DNA of 63,876 nt, the filler included, from Octopus bimaculoides (Eukaryota): NCBI RefSeq assembly GCF_001194135.2. It is 11 parts of 10 records of this genome, joined end to end, with 100 filler letters (N's around TTAATTAATTAA, not from the genome) between each part and the next. Parts side by side here need not be neighbours in the genome. Positions count along the whole stretch, not along the records: positions 10,017 to 31,397 come from NC_068981.1; positions 31,498 to 36,916 come from NC_068983.1; 9 more parts are not named here. One strand, written 5' to 3'. The notes beneath the pieces were generated by a model. That model was not told the DNA's origin. It did not search any database and saw only the letters and a list, made by a program, of their open reading frames with translations. The first letter of the stretch is position 1. Every line of letters starts with the position of its first letter. A program made the position numbers and the translations under genes. This document shows positions 23,085-36,392 of this stretch, piece after piece.

Positions 23085-24115
23085 ACAATTGAAGTAACAG
23101 CAATAGAACCCAATCGACAACCAAGCATGTGGAAATATGTAGGGGCAAAGGAAGGCCCCTTCAGAACCCACTTTAATAAACCACAAGTCCTCCTTCAACA
23201 TCCCAGAGAGACATAACACCACAACCATAGCCACGCACTCCTGAGCTTTGAAAGTACCATGGAGTACAGATGAAATGGAAGATCATAGAAAGATACAAAC
23301 CATACTTCAATAGCAACAGGAAGTGCAGATTATACCTGGCTGAGAAGAGAGCAATTTTAAAAAGTACCCAACACCCAGATGTTTACCTAAATAGCAAGAG
23401 TGAGGTGTTTAATCCAAGCCCACATGAAAGGAAGTACAATGTATTGTACCTATGCACCCCACCATGACTGCAATCACAGGTCCCTTGCCTCAACCTTCCA
23501 CCAATGCCCTCAGGCCCAGCAAAAAGAGATTGATCAAAGCCCATACCAATGCACCCATGTACATAAACACACACACACACACATGACCCTATAAGATGGA
23601 CACCCAACAAAATAAACTGTCTCCCACCACCCCAACACATACCCCTTCACACAAATTGTACACATATACACAGACCCCACCACACATACATTACACATCA
23701 CGCTTACATACACCCCCACCCTCCTGACTTTATTTTTTACAGAAAGAAAACAGACCAACAAACACAGCTATATATACCTACATCACCCAAAGAATTATAC
23801 ATATAACACTGCTACACATACCCCATCCCCTTGGGAGCACCACATTAATAATACACACTTTCCCCACTTCAAGATAACTCTTGCTAGCTTCACCCAACCA
23901 AGGGACATAACTCCTAACTTAATTGCTAACCCTTTTTCATTGCACCACCTTTTTCACAGCAGCCACTGACTGGTTGTGCTAATCCACCTCTGACAATAGA
24001 GAGCAGTCGCCATATTCCCTTCCATATCGGCTAACTCTGATGAGTGTAAAGTTATATAATCGGATTGTTACCTAACACTCCATTCTTTACATGAAACCGA
24101 CTGATAAGATAAGCC
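23085..24115 (+). mobile_element. Penelope-like element, 3' portion: decayed GIY-YIG endonuclease plus 3' region with a hammerhead-like motif
   Basis: The frames KYVGAKEGPFRTHFNK and KWKIIERYKPYFNSNRKCRLYLAEKRAILKS...LNSKSEVFNPSPHERKY match the C-terminus of PLE GIY-YIG domains. CTGATGA...GAAAC occurs at 24037-24097. Both ends abut (TA)n. Confidence 0.75.
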
Positions 24116-24449
24116 ATGATATATATATATATATATATATATNNNNNNNNNNNNNNNNNNNNNNNNNNNNNNNNNNNNNNNNNNNNNNNNNNNNNNNNNN
24201 NNNNNNNNNNNNNNNNNNNNNNNNNNNNNNNNNNNNNNNNNNNNNNNNNNNNNNNNTATATATATATATATATTTATATTCACTCGCAGCTTTCAACTGA
24301 AGATTTTAAACATTTTTTTTTTACTTTCTTTCTCAGTCTTTTCCTTCTTAGAAACAATAACAATTTTCGCTTTATTTTTTGGCAGAATAATTGATTACAG
24401 AAAATTTTGAGCCTCTCTCCCCCTTCTTCTCTCTTCCCCCAGTTTGTGC

Positions 24450-25345
24450 AACAGGCATGCAGTCCTCCTTGGAATCTGTGCTGGAAGGACAAACAAGGAG
24501 ATTTCAGACATCCACAAAGGCAGCAGAAGGATGGCAGAAAAGGTCAAAAAGAAGCTGGAAGATTCAGGATTAAACAACAAGGCAACAGGAGAGAGAGAGG
24601 AAAATTCATGATCAATGATCTAATGCCATCAGAGCGTCAGAATTCATCAGTGACATCCAGGATATCATCAACAATGATCCCAGCAAGTCAATGCATACCA
24701 TTGCATGGGAGAAAGATGTAGACGAAAAGCTCATCAGGCTGGTGGTGCATGAGGACATTTGCCATTTTTCATACAAGATGAGGAAGGGGCAATTCCTATC
24801 CCAAGGTAATGCAGGAAAAGTGACTCAAGCACACCAAGAAGCTGATCAACAAGTTGAAGCACCCACTGGAGTCAGACATGCCATGGTTCCGCTCTGACAA
24901 GAAGAATTTCTGCCAAGACCAGATCAACTCCCATAACAACAGGTGGTTCACTATCTTACCTATGAACATGCCCAGAATCATGCAGACGAAATTTCCAGTG
25001 ACAATCATGGTCTACAGTATTGTCAGCAGTGCAGGTGACACCATACCACTCCACTTCTTCCCTGAGAGCCTTAGGCTGAACACCAATTGCTACACCTGTG
25101 TTTTGGATGAGGCAGTAAGGCCCTGGATCAACTGAGTAGCTGCTGGGAGGCCATACATGTGGCAGTATGACTCTGCGCCCTGTCACACCAGCCAGAAGAC
25201 CCAGGCCTGGCTATCAAAGAATTTCTTCAATCACACAATACCTGACATTTGGTCTCTCAACTCGTCTGACTGCAACCCCCATCAATTTCTTTGTGCAGGG
25301 GTGTGGTGGAATGAGAGACCAACAAATCCAGCTGCAACATAAAGG
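24450..25345 (+). mobile_element. Decayed maT (DD37D, Bmmar1-like) Tc1/mariner transposase
   Basis: Frameshifted peptides: DPSKSMHTIA...VVHEDI..FSYKMRKGQFLS; WFRSDKKNFCQDQINSHNNRW; MQTKFPVTIMVYSIVSSAGD; WQYDSAPCHTSQKTQAWL...WSLNSSDCNP. Confidence 0.85.
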
Positions 25346-25386
25346 ACACCAAGAAATTTGGAATTGTGTAAATGTATGAATTTTAA

Positions 25387-25417
<31 letters not shown>

Positions 25418-26010
25418 CTGCCTTTTATAGATAAGATTAAATAAGCAATTAATCCTTTTTACTATAGACACAAGGCATGAAATTTGGGAGAGGGGGATAA
25501 TCGATTGCATCAACCCCAGTGCATAACTGGTACTTAATTTATCAACCCCGAAAGGATGAAAGGCAAAGTTGACCTTGGCGGAATTTGAGCACAGAATGTA
25601 GAGACAGGCAAAATACCGCTTACCAGCCCTGGTCAAAACCATCCAACCCATGCCAGCATGGACAACGGACGATAATGATGATGATGAATGCTGGCTACCA
25701 CCACAAAAGGGTAATAACTATCCCAGCTATATTTCTATCTTTACTTGTCTACATTCTGCTTAAGCCGTTGCAGGGTTAATCCTTATACACAGCAACTTGT
25801 TTGATCTACAATTGTTTGAAATACCTTTTGAATCCCATTTCAGTTGATCAATCATTGTTAAAGGAGATACTGAAGTTTAAAAAGCTGTTTCAATAATTCA
25901 TTTTCAATAAAGATCCGCTTAAACTTTTGGTGGTAGACAAAAGCAAATGTAAAACCTGCTGGAAAAATAGATTAACGCAACTGAAAAAACCAGAGGCAAA
26001 TTTGCTGGTT

Positions 26011-26320
26011 GGAAGTTAATAGTTATTTATTATTAACAGAAAATTAATCATCTTTACTTACAGCTGTTTCAATAAATACTCAGTAAATACTAGATAAATA
26101 TTTATATGACCTGAGCTACACTGAATCTATGAACATAATTAATCTGCTACACTGAATCTATGAACACATATAAAACATCCAAAGGTATATTTTTTTTTCC
26201 TCTGAAGATATTATGCTCAGGTCATATTAATATAAATTTAATATTTACTGAGTATTAATTGAAACAGCTGTAAGTGAAAATGATTAATTTGCTGTTAATA
26301 ATAAACAATTATTAACTTCC
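26011..26320. mobile_element. MITE-like foldback element with about 105-bp inverted arms
   Basis: 26011-26116 is the reverse complement of 26215-26320 with about a dozen mismatches; the spacer contains a 21-bp tandem duplication. Confidence 0.75.
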
Positions 26321-26850
26321 CAATCTCCATTTTCTTTTTCTTCTTTTATATGAATATAAATTATATGTTTTTATATATATATATACCTATTATTTTAAGG
26401 AAATTAATTCCTCCAAAATACTAGATATTGGACCAGTATTTCCTTGGATGAAACCATCCCTTCACAAGGTTAACATATCCTCTAATCATGCGTATGTGTA
26501 TGTATATNNNNNNNNNNNNNNNNNNNNNNNNNNNNNNNNNNNNNNNNNNNNNNNNNNNNNNNNNNNNNNNNNNNNNNNNNNNNNNNNNNNNNNNNNNNNN
26601 NNNNNNNNNNNNNNNNNNNNNNNNNNNNNNNNNNNNNNNNNNNNNNNNNNNNNNNNNNNNNNNNNNNNNNNNNNNNNNNNNNNNNNNNNNNNNNNNNNNN
26701 NNNNNNNNNNNNNNNNNNNNNNNNNNNNNNNNNNNNNNNNNNNNNNNNNNNNNNNNNNNNNNNNNNNNNNNNNNNNNNNNNNNNNNNNNNNNNNNNNNNN
26801 NNNNNNNNNNNNNNNNNNNNNNNACATACATACATACATACATACATACA

Positions 26851-26912
<62 letters not shown>

Positions 26913-27280
26913 TAGCAGAAAGCACAAGGATGTGGAAACAGCATCGACCTGTTTAGAAATAGGAGCTAAATCCCTAATATACAACCACCAGAAAGCACCA
27001 AATACCAGAAAATCAACAGTAGGCAAGGAAACGGTCAAAGAATCAAGATAGTAAAAAAGCACACCTTTAAAGAATACACCCTTCAGACATCCTATACCAT
27101 GGTTTTAGGTTCTGGCCCGTGAGCCTCAGCCTTCATCAGTATGGGTCACTGGTGAAAATACTAAGTCCATCACATTATAAATCTGCCTGTGTTATGGCTC
27201 GTTTTGAGTTGAACCAATCCACATGGTGCAAAATATATATATATGTATATATATATATATCATCATCATCATCATCAACA

Positions 27281-27595
27281 TGATCATCATCATCGTTTAA
27301 CGTCTGCTTTCCATGCTGGCATGGGTTGGACGGTTTGACTGGGGACTGGTGATCCAGATGGCTGCACCAGGCTCCAATCTGATCTGGCAAAGTTTCTACA
27401 GCTGGATGTCCTTCCTAACGTCAACCACTCTGAGAGTGTAGTGTGTGCTTTTACGTGCAACCAGCACGAGGGCCAGTCAGGTGGTACTGACAACAGCCAC
27501 ACTCAAATGGTATTTTTACATGTCACCTGCACGGGAGCCAGTCCAGCGGCACTGGCAACGCCCTCGCTCGAATGTTGCTTTCCACATACCACCGG
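27281..27595 (-). mobile_element. RTE LINE 3' end with (GAT)n tail
   Basis: catcatcatcgtttaacgtctgctttccatgctggcatgggttggacg..., near-identical to 56341-56626. Confidence 0.75.
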
Positions 27596-28619
27596 CACAT
27601 ATATATATAAGCAAAAAATATTGAAGTACATGGCTTAGTGGTTAGGGTGTTGCACTCATGATTGTGAGATTGTGGGTTCAATTTCCAGGCCAGGTGTTCA
27701 TTGTGTTCTTGAGCAAAGCACTTCATTTCACATTGCTCTGCGATCATTTCATCTCACATGTGGCCCATAGTATACTTGTACAGGTAATGTCTATTTGATG
27801 GCAGGAGTGAGCTTATGCATACATAAGAAAGGTGAGCAACTACAGTTGCTCACCAGTAAAGGCTGCGGGGGTGCCGACGGAGGCCCCAGCTCCCAAAGAA
27901 GACAAAAAGAGAAAAAGGAAAAGGGGAAAAAAGAACGGGAGATGGGTGGTGGAAGCCATTGTAATGCCGACCAAACCCGAAGCCCCTCCGGTGGGAAATG
28001 TGCCACCGGAGAGGGAGACTCTGTCAGAGGGAATTGTGCCACTGACAGAGCAGTGCGAGGTCTCCCTGCTAGGAAGAGGAGTTATATGTTCTCCTGTACC
28101 ATGAGGGAGGGACTATTGACAGTTACTTGAACCATGAGTGCGGCCAAGAAAGGAACTACTTGGCGTGTGCGAGTAGTTCAAGATGGCCTCCACAGGTGGC
28201 TGCGGAGGTCGTGACGAGAAATATCGTGACAAAAGTCAGGAGTAATTTTGACAAAGAGAACTTCGTCGACCTCACCGTGAACTCCGACCTAACAATGAAA
28301 TTTTGTCTGGCAGGAACAGGTTATTTGTGAGGGCTCCGCAGTGGGGTGGATTAGTTGTGTTGCAGTATTGTAAATTGATTTTAATATTGTAAATTGATTC
28401 TATTGTAAATTGATTTTAATGTAAGAAAGGTAAAACCTTAATGTGTGTTTTAAAAGAAAAAAAGGACAATGTTTTCGGGAGGCGGCAATCGGTGGGCGTC
28501 ATTCGTTCTCCCCCATCTTATATCATTTTGTTGTCGTTCATGCTCATTAATGTTTGTGTCCAGCCCGCAGCTACTCCCCTTTCTATGTACCGCTCTTGTA
28601 GCGAATTAAATGAAATAAA

Positions 28620-29041
28620 GTAGCTTGCTTACCAACCACATGGTTCCGGGTTCGGTCCCACTGTGTGGCACCTTGGGCAAGTGTCTTCTACTATAGCCAT
28701 CGGGCCGACCAAAGCCTTGTAAGTGGATTTGGTAGACGGAAACTGAAAGAAGCCCGTNNNNNNNNNNAAAGCCTTGTAAGTGGATTTGGTAGACGGAAAC
28801 TGAAAGAAGCCCGTCGTATATATGTATATATATATATGTGTGTGTGTGTTTGTGTATCTATGTTTGTCCCCCCAACATCGCTTGACAACCGATGCTGGTG
28901 TGTAACTTAGCGGTTTGGCAAAAGCAAACGATAGAATAAGTACTAGGCTTACAAAGAATAATAAGTCCTGGGGTCGATTTGCTCGACTAAAGGCGGTACT
29001 CCAGCATGGCCACAGTCAAATGACTGAAGCAAGTAAAAGAG
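28620..29041 (+). mobile_element. SINE family B, 5'-truncated, with a gap-flanking duplication
   Basis: Same body sequence as 4880-5276. Confidence 0.8.
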
Positions 29042-29149
29042 TAATTATACCCAATAAATTACTTATACATCTACAATACATTTTTAAAAATACAATTCCT
29101 AATGATATTTAATTATAAAAGTACAATAAGATACCTTTATCATATACAT

Positions 29150-29226
29150 CAAATGGCAATGGAGGTCCAGTAGAATAAGATAGGAATCAAAGGGATCCAT
29201 GGGCAAAAAGTGATTGAGAACCACTG
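29150..29226 (-). mobile_element. Possible hAT/Charlie-type terminal remnant
   Basis: The minus strand begins CAGTGGTTCTCAA followed by ...ATGGATCCCTTTG, typical of hAT ends. The other end was not found. Confidence 0.35.
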
Positions 29227-30084
29227 GTTTAAACCATTGATAATTGATCATTCTTGGCTGTGTGAAGAATATATGTGTCTTCAGTTATACATTATTAATG
29301 AGTAGGTTTGAGGTGACAATTCATATCTCTGATTTGCATTTTAGACCACCAGAAAATAAATTATCTAAAACACAAAAACAAGGTATAATTATTTTTTGAA
29401 TGAAAATCTACAAGAAACCACCAAATGTTATTACTAGGATTGTAACAGAAGCAAACATAAAGCCAGTCTTCTGTGGACAATAGGTTAATCTTAATAATCA
29501 CTTATGAACAGACAGGATGTGTTATAAATGTTGTGTGATTGGTTTCTAGTTGTGTCATAATAATGTATTCTGTTGTTGAATGAGATGTGGTAGACTAAGA
29601 CCTATTGGTTTCAAAGTTTGGTACAAGGTTAGTAAGTACGAGGGTGGGGGTAAGTCAATTATGTCATCAACTCCAGTGCTGAACTGGTATTTTTTTTATC
29701 AACCCCAAAAAAGAGGAAAGGAAGAAGAAAAAAATCAACCTCAGTAGGATTTGAACTCAGAGATTAAGGATGAACGAGATGCTTCTAAGCATTTTATGGG
29801 GCATGTTAGCAGTTCTGCTAGCTTGTTAACTTGGTAGCGTCAGACATATTACATGATAGATTTGAAATAACTGAACATGGCTGGTAAATGTTTAGGTCCT
29901 ACACGGACAAGACTTGTATGTTTAATACTTTCATTATCATGAATGTCTATGAGCAAATTACCAGCACCCTGGTGTATTTGGTTTTTACGTTGCGTGGCTG
30001 TTCCATCAACCGAACATCAGCTTGGCTGTTCCATCAACCGAACATCAGCTTGGCTTGTGGTCATACAACTATGAATAAGTTATA

Positions 30085-30313
30085 TTGGGTTGTCCGGAAA
30101 GTTCGTGCCGATTTATAGTAGCTTACCTTTCGACTTATTTGCCATGAAACCACCTCAATTCTGCGAAGAGGGTATTTTCAAGTTAAAGGAAAGATGGAGA
30201 AGCATTGTGCAACAAAATGGTTCATATCTGGTTGATTAAAAATGTAATGGTAAGTATTTATTGACCCTTTTTCTTTCCTTTAAAAATCGGCACGTACTTT
30301 CCGAATAACCCAA
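30085..30313 (+). mobile_element. Internally deleted mariner (mini-element) with both TIRs and TA target duplication
   Basis: TTGGGTTGTCCGGAAAGTTCGTGCCGATTT ... AAATCGGCACGTACTTTCCGAATAACCCAA form a 30-bp inverted pair flanked by TA. The interior encodes the mariner C-terminus EEGIFKLKERWRSIVQQNGSYLVD*. Confidence 0.9.
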
Positions 30314-31094
30314 TACTTCTGGGAGAGTTACTCCCCTGTGTAATTGCATATACAGTGAAAGGAATATATTAAGTTAAGGATGTCGGGTAAAGGAGATAAG
30401 TAAGTCTAAAGGTTAGCACCTAATTTAGTAGAATGAAGATCAAAAAGAACTCCTTCAACACAATAAATTAATATTATTGAGTGACGTTTATAGACAGACA
30501 GCTCCATCAGAAGCTTCTTATGCTAGGCACAGAATTCTGTCAAGGGCAACAACTTTGTTCTACCAACGTTTTCACTTACAAAAAATCAACTTCGAAGCTT
30601 TTCCATAATAAATTCTGCAGATGCAGATATGATTGACTGGTTAAGTAGTATCCTTCAGTTCCTGTAGTCATGAGTTCGATCCCACTGTGCCCTATTTTAA
30701 ACAAGTTTCTTCTTCAATAGCCTTGAATTGAAAACTGGTGTTATATTATGTATTTGTGTACAGTAATATAAATACTTCAAACCTGTTGATAGAAACCAAC
30801 CCAGGACTGCCAGTGATTCTATGAGACAAACCTCTGTTTTCAAGTGTTTAGAATTCTAACTTCCCATCAAAATTTCATGCTTATTAATGTTCTAAGCTCT
30901 AACTTTGAAAGAGAAATTTCTTTTAATATATTCTCTGTTATTTTGAAAATTAAATGAAGTTATGTGTCTATATATAAAACTGATACTTTCACTATTATAT
31001 GGTTTCAATTTCAATTACTTTCACTATGTATTTATAACTTTATTGCTTTTGACCTAAATAAATATATTTATGTATGTATATATATATATATATA

Positions 31095-31397
31095 CAGGGT
31101 GGGGCATAAATACTGTTACAAAATAAAACACAGATTTATCCCGACAAAAATTTATTTAACAACCCACTATTACAAAATATGCTTTGCAAATGCCCAAGGA
31201 ACAATATGGTGTAACTTTTATTCAAAATGTTTACCTCGTGCCTTCACAACACTACGAAGTCTTTTTGGGAAGTCATCTATAGCAGCACGCACAACATCTA
31301 AGGGTATTTTATCCCAGCACTTGGTCAATTTTTTCTTTAGAGCTTCAATATTTTGGCAAGGAGTAGAGCAGGCTTCATTCTCCAGAATTGACCACAA
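31095..31397 (-). mobile_element. Tc1/maT transposase C-terminal fragment with terminal TA-CAGGGTG
   Basis: The minus frame reads WSILENEACSTPCQNIEALKKKLTKCWDKIPLDVVRAAIDDFPKRLRSVVKARGKHFE*, followed by a TIR-like end at a TA. Truncated by a gap. Confidence 0.8.
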
Positions 31398-31621
31398 NNN
31401 NNNNNNNNNNNNNNNNNNNNNNNNNNNNNNNNNNNNNNNNNTTAATTAATTAANNNNNNNNNNNNNNNNNNNNNNNNNNNNNNNNNNNNNNNNNNNNCCC
31501 TTGGCAAACAGGACACAGTCGTGTGTCGATAAGCCAGCTGGAGGAGATGTCCTCCTGGGGCTAAAAGCAACAGTAACATCCACCCCTAGGGGTCAGCCAC
31601 ACTTAAGTGGCAATATACTAC

Positions 31622-31666
<45 letters not shown>

Positions 31667-33307
31667 CAGAGAGAGAGATACATAGAGAGAGAGAGACAGA
31701 GAAAGACTACTTGTGACGGCGGAAGAGGTAGAACTCAATATCTTAGGAAATATACGACTGTGTTTATTGTATAATGCAAGCGTGGATATTTACATTCCGG
31801 ATATTGAGTTTGTTTGTCGACGATACGATGAACGTCACACTTCTATGGCCGCTATAAGTCCGGTGTTCATTGCACTATCGATTTGTAAGTATCATTCTTT
31901 GTTCTCAAAATATAATCTTTGCACCTACTTGATGTGGTATCATCTGTAATTTCAATGTTAGATATAGCTCCAAGTCAAAATACAATCATTTGTCACATTC
32001 CTATTTTATGTTCTAGAATTATGGTATTTCCTAGAGTGGAAAGTTTTAGTCTACCGATGTGAACTTTGTAGCCACGTCCCTAAAAGTGTCTTTAGAATCA
32101 CAATCTGTGAAAAGTTGCTTTTTGGTAACTACAATCCGTAAACTTATAACAAATATATATAAATTCAGATATGCTAGTGTGGTTAGGAATATCGCTTTGG
32201 ATATTTCCAATTTGCAGTTTCGCTGTCACGCTAGTTGAGCAATACATTTGAATGGAAAAAAAATGTGTACATGCAGACGTTTGAGTAGCTCGTCCTGTAT
32301 AAATATGTTTGTGTGCATCAAACACACATACACACACATACACACACACAAACACACTTAGGTACATATCGTGTACGATGTGGAATATATAACGAATGGC
32401 ATACACGATAAATTATAAACTCTTCATTTATTGCAATATCCCTCGCGGAGAGAAAATGTGGAACAAAAATAATAATTATTAGCAGTAATGGATATGAAGG
32501 AAAGATTATTCATAAACGTTAAGTTTTTCATATTTCAATTAATATGTTTTGGAGCAAAAGATTAATCTTATTTTTGATTTGGAACCAAAGAAATCTATAA
32601 CGCACATGCTCAACAAAATAGCAATACTTTCTCGTTTCCCAACAGACATGAGCAATTTAACAGGAAGAATTTATTACATTCATAGCCAAGTTGGATTTGT
32701 AACATAAGACTAATACAAACAATTGTGAGAAAATATTACAAAGCACAAATGGCAGGCATTTTGATAATGGAGATATAAATGACGTAGACGATAAATTATG
32801 AATATGATTATCTCAATACATACATTAAACGTAAACAACTATAAATTCATGTGCACCATATCTTCTGAGCATTACTGTGATAGTAGCCACTGGAAATAAC
32901 TCATAACGTCTTTTATATTAATCATAATATATTTTGTTGCGCACACATATTTAAATTTAAAAAAACTACCATCTGACACTTACTCAGAGAGTTTCGCAAT
33001 TTCCATGGATACTCAAACTACATCATATCTAAATAGCCAATAGAACAGGTATCTCACTTTCCGTTTCAATTTTGGTTTTACACTGACATTTTCATGCAAC
33101 CTTCATTTCATGCGCTACACTCACTCTCGTTGTGTCCCTCTGAGAATATACTTTACGTTCACTCCCATCGGGCTTCTACATTATGATATTTTACAATATT
33201 AAACACAATGACAACTGACATTTTACTTGATTGTGTTAATGTTACGAAGTATTTTTGCAGTACAGAATCTATGGAAATCGTCACAGGCAAGAAAAAAAAC
33301 AAGAAAA

Positions 33308-33354
<47 letters not shown>

Positions 33355-34111
33355 AAATCATTATGGCAGATGATATGGAAACAAAATAAAGATAGGAATA
33401 TGTGATATCCATAGGAGCACCAAAAACAAATTAAAAATGTTCTAAACTGAAATGAATTTGCTGAAGACCACCATTTCAGTAACATGTCTTTTAAACTGAA
33501 ATGTGATATCCTGGGTAATGGTGATGTAGAATACTGAGAACGCAAGAAAGTTATTGTACGTTTTTGTTTGATTTTGTTTGCTTTTTCTTTTTGTCTTTTT
33601 TTTCTTTTTTGTTTTTTGGTCACTCTTCATCTCTAGTTTCCGAATTCCATTGATATAACTTGTGAATTATATTTCCAATTTCCATAAAAATGGATCAGAA
33701 AATTATGGACACAATTGTTTTCCTGGGGTTAAGGAATATGCTTCTGAACTACTTGGCCTTAAGTCAGATTCCTTTACCGGACAGCAGGCGAAAGTATGTG
33801 ACCTTTTCGCCTCGAGTTGATCAGAGGCATATGAGTGGAAGTTGGTAGAGATAAAATCTGAAAGCAAATAGTCTATATAAAGCCTGAATCACTATTAAGG
33901 GCTAAGGACAAAGCGGCTTACACGGGTTGTTGAAGCAGTTACAAGAATGAAACACCGTGCAAAATTTCACTCCGAAAAGAAAACAAGTCCCTAGTAGGAT
34001 TACCTACGAATATTCTATGTCATCATTTTCTGGTGAAGGAATGTAAATGATGTCCAAGCCGTAAAACCAGCTCTCTGTGTACCTAGCCGATAATTCACAT
34101 TCAAACAAATG

Positions 34112-34170
<59 letters not shown>

Positions 34171-35586
34171 NNNNNNNNNNNNNNNNNNNNNNNNNNNNNN
34201 NNNNNNNNNNNNNNNNNNNNNNNNNNNNNNNNNNNNNNNNNNNNNNNNNNNNNNNNNNNNNNNNNNNNNNNNNNNNNNNNNNNNNNNNNNNNNNTATATA
34301 TATATATATATATATATATCATTCAATAATCCAAATGGAAGCAATGCAAGCGGAGACTAGAGGAATATAATTAATAACCACCCACAAGCCCGGGCAGTAG
34401 CGGAAATCTAACAAAAGTTCATGATTCATGACTACATACAAGCAATTCCCTGTCCATCGTATCCCTGGAGGAATTAAATTTACAAACCCCTCATAGTTTG
34501 GGTCTGCCGTTAGCCACTTTCACTCAACCGTCTCGGCCTTAAATATCGATACAAAAAATATTGTCACATGACATTACAGCACGGATGTATCGGGGAAGTG
34601 CATTAAATGATCCGATTCAGAAGGCCGTTCCTTAATCTGTTGCTTATAAATGACTGCGAAATATTCCTTAAGCCACTGTCACCCTTCCAAATGGTCGATC
34701 GCAATGTGTAATGTAATCCTGGTCGTCCGATATTTAGAAAAAAATCGTGATTGTCATAGGTGGAATTATATTGAATATATTTGTTTCCAGAGTTCTGTGA
34801 AGGTGCTAAATATCAACTAGGACAAATATAGTTTATATGAACCAATAAGTTAGGCTATTCCAAATCACTCGCTTTCCCGACAGTATCTTAAATCTTACAG
34901 TTATAGTCTTCAAATAGTAAGATGATATATCAGATAACGTAGTTCAGTTCTGGGTGCACTCTAACTGAACAAAACAGAGGATGATCATTTCTGGAAAGTG
35001 TTTTATCTAAGGAGATAAAACTAACCTGACATTAATGAGCAGCATAAACATAGAGAATGTATTTACTTGTATAGCAACAAAGTTTAGATATTTGGGCTTG
35101 ATTTCTCATTATGTAAAACATGACTGATTTATGTCCGGAACAAAACTATATCTAAAGGAATGCTATAGCTCAAATCTATTGGTGAGTTGTTCAAAATTTG
35201 TATACATGCGGAAGAAAAAGAATAGTTTTAGTATTTACTGCATTGTGTGAATAATTTGCGTATATTCAGCAGAGGATATTTTGAGTTCAAAGAGGAAACG
35301 TTATTTATGATACAGTTCTTTACGTTATTACGTTATTTACGATAAATTGAATTGCTTCATATTTGATGGTAACGATTTTGAGGTATTACTTTCAGCTATC
35401 TATTTTTATTTGATGCTTCCATTAGTAAAGAAATGCGCCAGCGTCTAAAGTCTGCTTAGGACCAATCTCAGCCCCCCCCACCTAGATGAGATTGACAAGG
35501 TAGTATTTGTAATCTGATGCTGAACAAATATATCAAAGTACTCGGTATTTCGGAGGTTTCCTACTGTATATACATCCTTCATACAT

Positions 35587-35629
<43 letters not shown>

Positions 35630-36392
35630 NNNNNNNNNNNNNNNNNNNNNNNNNNNNNNNNNNNNNNNNNNNNNNNNNNNNNNNNNNNNNNNNNNNNNNN
35701 NNNNNNNNNNNNNNNNNNNNNNNNNNNNNNNNNNNNNNNNNNNNNNNNNNNNNNNNNNNNNNNNNNNNNNNNNNNNNNNNNNNNNNNNNNNNNNNNNNNN
35801 NNNNNNNNNNNNNNNNNNNNNNNNNNNNNNNNNNNNNNNNNNNNNNNNNNNNNNNNNNNNNNNNNNNNNNNNNNNNNNNNNNNNNNNNNNNNNNNNNNNN
35901 NNNNNNNNNNNNNNNNNNNNNNNNNNNNNNNNNNNNNNNNNNNNNNNNNNNNNNNNNNNNNNNNNNNNNNNNNNNNNNNNNNNNNNNNNNNNNNNNNNNN
36001 NNNNNNNNNNNNNNNNNNNNNNNNNNNNNNNNNNNNNNNNNNNNNNNNNNNNNNNNNNNNNNNNNNNNNNNNNNNNNNNNNNNNNNNNNNNNNNNNNNNN
36101 NNNNNNNNNNNNNNNNNNNNNNNNNNNNNNNNNNNNNNNNNNNNNNNNNNNNNNNNNNNNNNNNNNNNNNNNNNNNNNNNNNNNNNNNNNNNNNNNNNNN
36201 NNNNNNNNNNNNNNNNNNNNNNNNNNNNNNNNNNNNNNNNNNNNNNNNNNNNNNNNNNNNNNNNNNNNNNNNNNNNNNNNNNNNNNNNNNNNNNNNNNNN
36301 NNNNNNNNNNNNNNNNNNNNNNNNNNNNNNNNNNNNNNNNNNNNNNNNNNNNNNNNNNNNNNNNNNNNNNNNNNNNNNNNNNNNNNNNNNNN

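Noticed and set aside
28184-28204. CTCF-like motif (ccacaggtggctgc) near a cohesin-loader gene
   Set aside because: Several core mismatches, inside a probable repeat; proximity to NIPBL carries no weight.
28722-28816. Tandem duplications flanking 10-N gaps (here and at about 63396-63494)
   Set aside because: Typical unmerged overlaps at negative-size gaps.
32751-32764. Minus-strand SKCLP matching the expected next LRRC71 segment
   Set aside because: The flanking residues do not match, there is no G-W-K start and no suitable acceptor; treated as chance.
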